Shown here: one piece after another, positions 24,500-35,781 of the stretch
How the letters are laid out: every line of letters begins with the position of its first letter
How positions within the stretch are numbered: the first letter of the stretch is position 1
From: Felis catus
Taxonomy: Eukaryota
Direction: 5' to 3'
DNA: 64,000 nucleotides
NCBI RefSeq assembly: GCF_018350175.1
Contig: NC_058368.1
Location: 72,976,001 to 73,040,000, forward strand
The notes under the pieces: generated by a model
What the model was told of the DNA's origin: nothing
The model's database searches: none
Seen by the model: the letters and a program-made list of their open reading frames with translations, nothing else
Translations under genes and position numbers: made by a program

Positions 24500-27400
24500 T
24501 AAAGACTTCCAAAACTATGCACCTTTGTAAAGACGATGAGAATGAGACAACAAGCAATGTTGGCAAAATCAACTTTTTAAGAACTTTGGAAATATGCCAC
24601 AAGAGGAACCCAAGTAATGTTTATTTAAGAGAATAAATTGAATCTCAACTGGAATAGTGAGTTTTGTGGTTTTTTAACTTGCCTTATTCCCATTCTCTCT
24701 CCCCAGATCCACAGCTGCCATTGAAAACAATAGCTTTGAAAATATGATAACCATGAAAATGAGCAGCCTACCAGCTACTGGAGAGGGCAGAACAGGTTTG
24801 AAGCTCCCAAAAGCATCATTACCAGGTATTGTTATAATTTGACCTGTGGCAGTTTCCTGAAAACATCCATTAGCAGGGCTTGCTTTCAGTTGACCTGACT
24901 CACATATCACTCACTGTAAACAATCTTTCTCCAGGGCTTTTTCAAAAACAATCAAGGGTAACTGTTTAACATCAGAGCTGCCTCAGAAAGTGGAGCAAAC
25001 AAGAAGCTGACCAAAAAAACTAAAAAAATTTGGTGAATGAGTCATCCACTGGGTCTGTCTTAGTCTGTGTATAACTGCCATTGAAAAATAGCATAGAGAG
25101 GTCTTTGAAAAGTTCCAACATATTTCTGGGAATCTAGAAGGCCACACATGTGTAGGAAGCAGAAAGACCAGAGGATCTGAGAAGGCCCTAGTCTCTCAAT
25201 TCTTTCTGAACTGGAGGCTCTGAGCAAGCAGGAAGTGAAAGCTATTGAAGAAATTGAAGGCATTCTCCAACCAGAAACACTCAGGAAACACTCAAATATC
25301 AAAGGAAATATCTTGCCAACCATTAGCTGACTATAAGCTAAGCTGCCACACATTACAACACATAGAAATCATTATGCCTTTACTACAGGAAAGTCACAAA
25401 ACAAACAGCAACAGCAACAAATAAGAACAGCAAACATAGACAAATCGAACTGTGGGTGTAGGGCAATCTGATTTCCAGGGTTGCCACATTATTTTATTTA
25501 ACATATCCAGTTTTCAACAAAGATCATGGGACATGCAAAGAAATAGGAAAGTATGGCCCCAAAATAGTAAGAGGAGGAATAGCCAATAGAAATTCCCTGA
25601 GAAAGCACACATTGGAATGCTTAGATGGAAGATTTTAAATCAGCTAATATAATTATGTGCAAAGAACAAAAGGAAGCCATGAATAAAGATCTAAAGAAAA
25701 ATATGAGCATGATGTCTCAGCAAACAGTATCAATAAAAGCATATCTATTTTTAAAAATAGAGATTCTATAGTTAAACAGTATAATAACTAAAACAAAAAT
25801 CCATTACAGGGGTTTAACAATAGATTTGACTTCAAAAAATAAAGAATTAGTGAGCTTGAAGATAAGTAATTGAGACTGTCTAGCCTAAGGAATAGAAAGA
25901 ATGAAGAATAACAAACAGAACCTAAGAGATCTCTGTGACATCATCAAGCATAACAGCACACACATCATGAGAGCCCTAGAGGAGAGGTGAAAGAAAGGGA
26001 CAGAAAAAATATTTGAAGAAATAATGGCCAAAAACTTACATCCAAGAAGCTCAAAAGATGTATATTGGATAAACTTAAAAAAGATCCACATCTAGACACA
26101 TCATAATCAAATTGTCAAAAGTCAATGGTAAAGAGACAATCTTGAAAGCAGCAATACAGAAGTGGCTCATCATATAAAGGAGATTTTTGATAAGATTAGT
26201 AGCTGATTTCTCATCAGAAATAATGGAGGACAAAAGACAAGCAGATAACATAATCAAAATACTGAATGAAAAAATACTGTCCATCAATAATTCTATATCT
26301 ACTTGAAATTTCACTTATATGAGGAATTTAAGAAACAAAACAGATGAACATGGGGTGGGGAGGGCAAATCAGGAAACAGACTCTTAACTACAGATAAAAA
26401 ACTGAGGGTTGTTGGATAGGAGGCAGGTGGGGTAATGGATTAAATGAGTGATGAGTATTAAGGAGGACACTTGTAATGAACACAAGGTCGTTAAGGGATG
26501 AATCGCTAAATTCTAAACTTGAAACTAATACACTGTATGTTAACTAACTGGAATTTAAATAAAAGCTTGGAGGAAAAAAAGAATTCTATATCTAGCAAAA
26601 CTATTCATTGAAAATGAAGGATATATTATTGCCAGATAAACAGATAATTCATTGTTCATAGAGCTATCCTATAATAAATACTACGTCCTCCAGACTAAGA
26701 TAAAAGGATACTATACAACAAATAGAATCCACATGTAGAAATATTAAAAGTACCAGTAAAGGCAACAATATGGGTAAATATAAAAGATAATATAAATGTA
26801 CTTTTGGTTTGCAACTCTTTTCTAACTGAAAGATAACTGCATAAACAAATAATTATAAAACTGTGTTGCTGGACTTAAATAAATATTTGTACTTAAAATG
26901 GACCAGAGGACAAAGAAGGGGGAGGAATGGAGCTGTGTAGCAGCAAAGTTTTTATATTACTGACCCAAACTAGATCTTTAAGTTAAGATGTTAATTGTAA
27001 TCCTCAGAGTAAACATTAAGAAAATAACTCTAAAATATAATTAAAAAACAATAGAGGAGTTAAAATGATATGCTAGGAAACATTAACACAAAAGAAGACA
27101 GTAATGGAGAAATAAAGTGAAAGATAAAGCATATAGAATACAAGTAGAAAAATGGCAGATATAAAATCTACCTTATTAATTTTATTAAATGTAAATAGAA
27201 TAAACACTCCAATCAAAGGCAGAGATTGACAGAAAAAAAAATATCACTATAAAAATATAGTGATATAAAATATCACTATAGATATAAAAATATCACCCAA
27301 TTATATACTATAGTAGAGATACGTTTTATATTTAAGTCACACATCGTTTAAAAATAAAAAGACTGAAAAAGATATATCATGTAAACTATAACAAAAAGAC

Positions 27401-28224
27401 AACTAAGTTGACTATATTACTATCAGAAAAAATATACTTTAAGGCAAAAATTGCTATTAGAGACAAAGAACATTTTATAAAAATAAAACTTTCAATCCAT
27501 CAAGAAGACATAACAATAATAGGTACATATGCACCTAATAATAGAGCCTGAAAAAAAAAATGAAGCAAAACCTTACAGAATTGAAGGGAGGAATAGACAA
27601 TTCAGTAATAATAGTTGCACACTTACATAATAGAACAATTTGGCAAAAGAGCAACAAGGAAATAAAAGACTTGAATAACACCATAAAACAGCTAGATCCA
27701 ACAGACATACATAGAGCAGTCCTTTTAAAAACATCAAAGTACAAAATTTTCTTAAGTGCACATACAATATTCCCCAGTATAGGTCACATATTAGCTCACA
27801 TATGCAGTATATGACCATAATGTAGTATTAGGCCATACATGTAGTACACCCATATGTGGACAACTACTCAACCATAAAAAGGAATGAAATATATACATGC
27901 TACAACATGGGTGAACCTTAAAAACATTATGCTAAATGGAAGAAGTCAGACAGAAAAAGACCACATACTGCATGCTTTCATTTATATTCAATGGCTACTG
28001 CAAGCAAATCCAGACAGAAAGTAGATTTGTGATTTGCCAGGGCTGGGAAAATGAGTAGGAGAATAGTGACTGCTGATGCGGAAAACACTTCTTTTTGCAA
28101 AGATGAACACTTTCTGGAATTAGGATGTTCACATGGCTTCATGAAAATAGTAAATGATTCTGAATTACAGACTTTTGAAAGGGTGAATTTTATGGTATGA
28201 AAATTATATCTCAATTAAAAAAAA
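24500..28224 (+). mobile_element. Old L1 (L1M-type): 5' region, ORF1, ORF2 endonuclease relic, then 3' end; RT region absent
   Basis: ORF1-like motifs (cacatctagacacatcataatcaaattg...aatcttgaaagcagca); EN motifs (aaatgtaaatagaataaacactccaatcaaaggcag; tatgcacctaataatagagc; KQNLTELKGGIDNSVIIV); from about 27839 an L1MB-like 3' end ending aattatatctcaattaaaaaaaa. All frames disrupted. Confidence 0.88.
26302..26581 (+). mobile_element. 5'-truncated carnivore L1 3' end nested in the older L1
   Basis: tttcacttatatgaggaatttaagaaacaaaacagatgaacat...tatgttaactaactggaatttaaataaaa; 13-bp TSD aattctatatcta at 26289-26301 and 26582-26594. Confidence 0.92.
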
Positions 28225-28414
28225 TATGGGGGGAACTGAAAGGTTGGTTGATAAAAGAAAACATTGAAGTAATTAATTGAAAAACAAACTGTGTTTTATA
28301 ATGGCAAAAAGGACATGAATATGATGATGATGATGATGGTGGTGATGATAGCTAAGATTAATTAACCTATACAAAAATTCTATGCAGCAGATATTTTTTT
28401 ACTCCCATTTTTTT

Positions 28415-28634
28415 TCTTTTCTTTTTTTTTTTTAACGTTTATTTATTTTTGGGACAGAGAGAGACAGAGCATGAACGGGGGAGGGGCAGAGAGAGAGGGA
28501 GACACAGAATCGGAAACAGGCTCCAGGCTCTGAGCCATCAGCCCAGAGCCCGACACGGGGCTCGAACTCACGGACCGCAATCGTGACCTGAGCTGAAGTC
28601 GGACGCTTAACCGACTGCGCCACCCAGGCGCCCC
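28415..28634 (-). mobile_element. Young feline SINE (left of tandem pair)
   Basis: Full-length CpG-rich reverse copy flanked by tcccatttttt copies. Confidence 0.97.
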
Positions 28635-28647
28635 TCCCATTTTTTTT

Positions 28648-28854
28648 TTCAATGTTTATTTTTATTTTTGAGACAGAGAGAGACAGAGCACGAATGGGGG
28701 AGGGGCAGAGAAAGAGGGAGACACAGAATCGGAAGCAGGCTCCAGGCTCTGAGCCATCAGCCCAGAGCCCGACACGGGCTCGAACTCACGGACCGTGAGA
28801 TCGTGACCTGAGCTGAAGTCGGACGCTTAAACAACTGAGCCACCCAGGCGCCCC
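28648..28854 (-). mobile_element. Young feline SINE (right of tandem pair)
   Basis: Full-length reverse copy followed by tactcccatttttt; the pair appears to sit in an antisense MIR remnant (about 28340-28955). Confidence 0.97.
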
Positions 28855-29246
28855 TACTCCCATTTTTTAAATTAAGAAAATCTAGCAAGGAAGCCTGCTA
28901 AAGTCATCCAGCTAGGGAAAAATGTAGCGAAAATGAAATTCAATCCCAGATCATTAGCCACTAGCAATGATGATGTCCCTACTCTTGAGATCACATTTTA
29001 CTGGTAGAAAGAGACAAGTAGACAAATAATAATAGACAAATGAAAAGAAATTTGTAATGGAGAAAAAAATAAATGGGGACAACACAAAGGATGAGCCCAA
29101 GCTTCTCAGGCAGAAAGGTCAAGAACATTCCTGGCAGATAACCGGAGAAGCTAAAGTCCTACAACAAGGATTTCAGACATTTTCTTGATGAATTTTGGCA
29201 TCTGTTCTCCCTCCCTACTGCCTTAACCCACTGCACTCCCCCTACA

Positions 29247-29247
<1 letters not shown>

Positions 29248-29285
<38 letters not shown>
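29248..29285. repeat. (CA)n microsatellite
   Basis: Pure CA run. Confidence 0.95.
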
Positions 29286-29287
<2 letters not shown>

Positions 29288-32200
29288 AGCATGGCATAGG
29301 CAGTTTAGATATTAGCTGAGCCTATAACTATATAGTTAGCTGACACACGCATTAGAAGGTGAATTGGTTTCTTAGCTTGGTTTAAAGGCTGTGCTCACAT
29401 ACTTTGTAGACAAGCCTTTAGGTACAGAGGCCTATCTCCTGAACATTTGGAACTCTTTCAAGTTCTTGTTTGAAGAGTTAATTGAAACTCATTTTTTCAC
29501 ACAATTATTAGTAGCCTGTGCAATAAACTACCATCCCCACCCTGAACAAAATGTATGTAAACAGCTATTAACCACATAAAAAGAATAGCACCAAAAGTCT
29601 ACAGAGACAATAGTCACTGTCTCAAACACAGAAAGAACATCACATTTGGATAATGATTTTTCTGATTAAATTTGTTGTAGACAGACAGAAGACAGAATTA
29701 GATCAGTGGTGAGTTTAGAGGGTAGCATTAACAATGAGAAAGGAATTGAATCCACAAATATCACTTTGGAGAGAGGAAGCAGGATGTATACATCCTCTCT
29801 TAATAGATTAATTAAGATAAACTAAACAGCATGTTCAGAAAGTTTATAGGATTGGCAAATAATGTTTTGGTAAGGTCATTATAAACCATTCAATGGCTAT
29901 TATGATGGTAATTTACAGCCATGACAATTGTCTAGACAAGAAAATTAAGACATTACTGGTTCCAATTTTAATTTGAAACAAAGCTAACCATATCGTATTA
30001 AGTGTCCTGATCTTGTGGCCTCCAGCCACTGGTTGCAAATGTTAAACTCATTTGCTGTTTTTCCCAGAATTGCTAACAGGACTGGGCAGAGACAGGAGAA
30101 AGAAATGAGTCAATTGTAAAGATACCTGGATTGAAGAAAAAAGACTCAGGGAAGAAGAAAGATTCTTCCTGCACAGCAGTGTTATCCAAACAGCAGGGTT
30201 CTCAGATTGTCTGGTGGTGGAGGACATCCCATAAACAGCCTCCGGTAAAGAGAAGGGTAGGTGTTTCTCTTTGAAAAGAGTCCATAGCTGGGCACAGCCT
30301 CTGTTTCTCCTGCCCTTACAACTTAACCTTAAAGCAAAGTGGAGGGCAGTGATCTCCATGAATAGGAGAGAAAATAGAAGGGAAAGACCCATTACTGTGA
30401 GTGGGATCTGGTAGGACAGTTCCATAGGATCACGGTTACGGGTATGCGATTGTTAGACCTGGTATTCATTTGCATTTGAGAGCAAGTTACTGTCGCGTAG
30501 GCCTCCAGTTGAAGTTCTGTGGCACTCTCTAAAGGCAATTAGAGAAATTCTTAACATTTCTCTCTTGAGCCTTCTACAGTGGGTATCAGGTCAGAGTTAG
30601 AGGTGGAACATTTCGGAATCACCCTTAGGGTGTGCTATCAAGATCCACCACAGCCTCACCCCTCTACTGTGCCAGACTCAGGGGTAGAGTGGGGGGCGTC
30701 CTGGCCTGGAAAGAGCAATGTGAGGTTTGGATAGGGTCGTGCCTTCTCCTAAGACTCTGCTGGCCCTCAGTTTCTTTATCTGTAAAAGGAGGAAGGTGAA
30801 CTTATACCTTCAAAATTCTGCAGCTTTAGATGCCCATTCCATATGAAATAAATTCTTCAATTCCTTTTAAATAAATAAATAAAATATAAATATGTATTTA
30901 TAGATATGTGCATACTTATAAATATATGATGTAATAGTTAAGTTTACATACAATAAAATAATACCAATGTATATGTAATTATATTACAGAGCAGAACACA
31001 CACAGATACACATATACCATATACACAAAATATATTATCATAAGGGTGTTTTCAGTCTCTAGCCCATACAAAATAGTTTTAGGTCAGTACAAAATTATTT
31101 TCCGTTGCTCAGAAATCATAAGACGGAAAAGCCTCACAGCACACAGTAGCCCGCTCCTGCCTCAAGCTGGTAGTTAGCCATGGGAAACCTCTAGCTGAGC
31201 AGGAACCAATGTTTGAAACATGCTGTCCCAGTAGGAATGGTCTCAGACATGGCGGTGAGATAGACCACGTCTTTTCCCACTTATCCACTTTAGCCCTCTC
31301 TTTATTGGGCACCAGCTCCTTCCTGCTTCCCCGGCTTTCCTCACCACCCACATGCCCTGACTGGGAATTGCCATCTTCTGCTTCTCAGTCACACTCCCTT
31401 CCTCTCCCTCACCCTTTGAAGTCGACTATGGCGGCAGCCGCCACAGCAGCAAACCGCCATGCTTCCATGAGACACCAACAGGAGCCAAGGCACATGCTAG
31501 ACGAGAATCAAAGGAATTAACAATCTTCTGAGCCTGAGGGTCTGTTATCCCAGCTGGAGGAGGAAGTGACACTACTATGGTAGGTAAGTTCTCTTCCAAC
31601 TATATAATTCCAGAAAAACTCAGTCCACACCGACGCCAAAATAGAACACACATAAATTTTAGTCGGAGCCTTCTAGAGAATATTACCCAGCCACTGTTAA
31701 TAATTCGAGGAGTGGATATTTAGGGCGCGTGGGCTTCTCTGCTTCCACTAACATTGTATTCTGTTGGCAGCAGCCTATTCCTCTGATTGCCTTTAGGAAG
31801 CCATAGGAGACTGAACTGCAGTAGGCAGCCAGGCTATTCATGCTGAAATTGAACAGAGTGTTCTTCTGAGTGGGGACAGGGGGCAGCGGGGTAAGTTCAG
31901 CTCCTCCTTCCGAAGACCAGAGACTATTTCCATTCCACCTGGTAAATTCCATCTCCTTTTGGACTTTTAAATATTGCTCCTGGAACGGACTGTTATTTAT
32001 ATATTGAGAGGAAAATCTGCCAGAGTGATGTGATTATTGAAACACTTTAAAGAATCACTAAAACACTGATCCTGTGAGATGAGAGGAGCCTCCCTACCCT
32101 TACTTGAGGCCTTCCTCCTGCAGTCTTTGACAGAGCTAACAGACATCCTCAGCCTGTCCATGGGGATCACATGTTTGAACTCACAGTGCAAATGGAGAGC

Positions 32201-32771
32201 ACTTACTCTTCACTCTTTGCCAAACTCTAAATCTAAAGTTACCTCATTGAAGCCCCAAATTACCCTCTTCTGTCTAAATGTCACAAGAGTGACAAAGGTC
32301 TTGTGATATACAAGGAACCGGCTCAAGAACACAAACACTATTATTCCACTATTACCTATCTCTTAAGATTTGTAAACATGTGTAGGCAGTTGTTTACTTT
32401 ATTACCTTGGCACCCATTCAAATTGAAATAAACATTATCCATAGAGATGGCAGGTATTGGTTGCTTATTAGAACAGTCTAGTACCATCGTTATTAAGAGC
32501 ATTGTTCCTTCAAAAAATTAAAACACTCATAATCATGTGTCATTTTTTTAAATCTTACCTCTGCAATTTTACCTTTAATAATAGTTACAAATACATATCT
32601 AACAGTTAATGAGGGTTTTCTAAATGCTAGGTCTGAGTTAAGATTAGCTTTGTGTGTATTATTTCATTTATCTTCAAAAGAGCCTGATAAAGCAAGAACT
32701 ATTATGACTTGGTGAAGACAAAACAAGTTGTCCAGGTCACAATACTAGTTAGGTAGAGGTAGAATCCCAAT

Positions 32772-32983
32772 ATTTTTTTTAATGTTTATTTATTTTTGAA
32801 AGAGAGAGAAAAAAACTTTGAGTGGGGGAGAGGCAGAGAGAGAGGGAGATGCAGAATCCAAAGCAGGCCCCAGGCTCTGAGCTGTGAGCACAGAGCCTGA
32901 TGCGGGGCTTGAACTCACGAAACAGGAGATCATGACCTGAGCCGAAGTCAGACATTCAACTGACTGAGCCACCCAGGCGTCCC
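32772..32983 (-). mobile_element. CanSINE inserted in an antisense MIR
   Basis: Perfect TSD tagaatcccaat at 32760-32771 and 32984-32995; MIR-like host at about 32580-33010 (ttgtccaggtcacaatactagt). Confidence 0.95.
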
Positions 32984-33502
32984 TAGAATCCCAATCCTTA
33001 ACACCAGACTAGCTGATGGATTACCAAGTCCTTCAAAAGGGAGGTAATGTATTTATCCACCTTTGCCCATTGGCATTTCATGCCTGGAGGATGCAGAAGT
33101 CCTAGAACTCATCTCTCAGGCTCCATGCTGTAACCTATTCCACAATCTCCCCCAATCCTCCTAAAGTGCCAATTTCATCCTGCACCATATTACACTAGCT
33201 CATGTAACCCAATCCTTTAGAAAAGATCCAAACTCACACACTCTTCGCATTCACACCCCAAGTACCAAAACACTAGATCTTACTAGTTCCATGTAAAAAC
33301 ATTGAGTAAGTGTCTTTCTTCTTTCCCTAAATCACATTCAAACCCTATTGCATGCTCTTCTCCTTGCCTGAGATCCCCTTCCTTCTACACTGGCCAAATC
33401 CTCAAGCCACACTTCCTCCAAGAAGCTTTCCACACAACTTAGCAGTTATATGGCACTTTGGGGACTCATCTTTACACTGGCTTAGGACAATAATTTCTGC
33501 TT

Positions 33503-33665
33503 CAACAGAAAGAGCATGGGGCTTGGAATGCAGAGACCTGTGCTGAAATCCTAGTTTTTGTGATTTTATTTAATATCCTTGTAGCCTCAGGGTTTGCATT
33601 TCTGATGTGGAGTCATTACTCTCTGTGTCACAAGGTTGCTATAAGGATTAAATGAAATTATAAAT
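33503..33665 (+). mobile_element. MIR SINE
   Basis: gaaagagcatggggcttggaatgcagagacctgtgctgaaatcctag...gttgctataaggattaaatgaaat. Confidence 0.75.
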
Positions 33666-34104
33666 ACACATATGTTATATGTGTGTCAGCGCATATATAT
33701 ATATATATATACATGACATATACATGAATATATGTACATATGCTTTTGTACACATACAAATAATAGCTTTGAAAGCTATGAAATCCTCTAAAGAAGTAAA
33801 GAAGCATTATTGTGTTTTAACTGGTATATAGAGGTAGAAAGAGATAGATCAATCTTAGAGTCCTAGAGGGTAGCAAACTTTTTTGTTGATATCCTTCTCA
33901 GTTTCTAGCATAATGCTATATGTAATAAAGAATACTCAGAAGAAAGGCTTGAATAGGAATTTTTCTAAGACTCTAGGGAGAAATCACTATTCCTGTATTA
34001 TACATTAGAAATATTGCAAGGCTAGACAAACACATGAGTGACCAGCCAACTAGTCGGTGGCAAACATAAATCTTTGAATTCTCACTTGAGATTTTTTTTT
34101 TCAA

Positions 34105-34620
34105 CCAGGCTCTTCTGTCAGCTTTTTCCTTGATGAATCGGACTTCATGTTTACTAATGACATTCAGAGAGTGTACTCACTGTTTGTGGATAGCACCAAG
34201 TGGGTGGACTGTCAACCACATTTGGAGAGTGTCACTGCAATTCAAAACAATCCTGACAACTTGAAGATGTGGGCAGATATAAACAACGGCATTGAGAAGA
34301 CCAAACATTAAAAAAAAAAAAAAAGACTAATGTCTTCTTTATTGAGTCTCCTCAAAAGTGTTTAAAGTGCGAACACTGAAATTTCAGATCTAGCAGACAA
34401 TCTCTCCATGCTGATAAATATTACTTAGGAACCTTTGAACCTGTGTCTATTTTAAGATCTTCCAAACTGACAAACAGAGAGAATATGGAGAGGGTTGGAA
34501 AGAGAATAATAGCCAGACCTAATGGGTTAGTAAATTATGTTGGCAAACATACAGCTCACGGGAAAAGCAGAGGAAATGGTCTAATAGTACAAAAAAAGAA
34601 AAACAGCTACCGTCTTTTTC
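34105..34620 (+). mobile_element. CR1/L3 LINE relic (RT and C-terminal fragments)
   Basis: Manual translation: FMFTNDI, then LFVDSTKW...AIQNNPDNLKMWADIN (34180-34287, compare CR1 KFADDTKL...AIQRDLDRLERWA), and ENMERVGKRIIARPNGL (compare KLERVQRRATKMIRGL). Confidence 0.7.
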
Positions 34621-35691
34621 ATATCCTTCCAGAAGGGTCTCTGAGGTGTTAATTCCACGATCTCAAATCTTCTGTTGTATCATCGAATATCCCTTCCAGG
34701 TCAGACCATGAAATCTCTTTTGAACACATGTATCTAATTGTTTTGCAAGAGTTTAGAGGACTCTGCATGGATGGTCCAGAGGTTGAATGATGAGTGATTG
34801 AGTATATTCATAAGAAAAAGTAAGAAAAAGTAGAGAAGATAGTGGGGGAAAATATTTTTAAAAACATTAAACTGACATGGCTGTGATCCTGAAGCTGAAG
34901 ACATGGGGGACAAGTACCCAGAAAGAGGTAAGGACTGTACACTCAAAACTAGCACCTCTCTATTTTGGTCACTGGTGACATAGTAACAGCTGTGCCTCCT
35001 CTAAGCCAGTGCACCAGAAAAAGCTATCACGGTCCCTGTTGTACTCAGCCGGGCCAAGGAGCCTACAAGTCTACCGATATTGACTAGCAGGGGCCTGCGG
35101 AGGCTGATAAGACTTGTTCTTACTCACCTATGGGGAAAGGAGTCTCATTAGCAAGAAGCAAGGTTATGATATTCCATAGAGGTTCTGGGAATGTGGTGTG
35201 TGAGGGTGATGGCCAGGCGACAGGAGGAACCACAAGACTTCTAGAATCATCACTAACCTGTTGTTATAATTACATAAAAACAATCTTTTTTATGACACAT
35301 TATATTTTGCTGTATTAGGAAAAAAAATCTTTTTTAGCTGTTTTCCCAGAATGAAACTCTATCATCCCAGCGGTATGACTGTTGCTGACTTCACAACCTT
35401 CCTGGTAAGGGCAAACTCATCTTGGAAAAGGTCTGATCCCAGTGGTTTTAGAGTTCTTGTTTTTTGCTTATAATGCCAGTGCTATCCTTAAGCAATAGAC
35501 AATTTGGCAAAATCTCCATTTCCAAATTCATGGCATTACTCTGACCACTGGCAACAAAAGGACTCTTGAGCCAAAATACTGCAATGCTGATATTTTTTTT
35601 ATCCTTGCTCTGTCCAAAATTATCTGAGAGGTGGAGAATGAGGAAAAGAGCCAGTGGGCCTCTTTGTCAGAGCATTGGAGGTAGTACTCAC

Positions 35692-35781
35692 CTAGACATT
35701 GCCTCAAGCCTCCCTGAAATCCCTTCAATCTCAGTATAGCTATCTCATAACCAGATAAGGATTTCCCTATGTGTATGCAGG
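35692..35781 (-). other. Candidate 90-nt exon (unverified)
   Basis: Minus strand: cctcctatcttacctgctctgtctcAG | 90 nt | ...ctag GTgagt; open in phase 1-1 (CIHIGKSLSGYEIAILRLKGFQGGLRQCL); no recognised homology. Confidence 0.25.

Noticed and set aside
34600..34740. Coding-looking minus-strand stretch (possible retrocopy)
   Set aside because: Stops in all three frames, no recognisable parent protein, no poly(A) or TSD.
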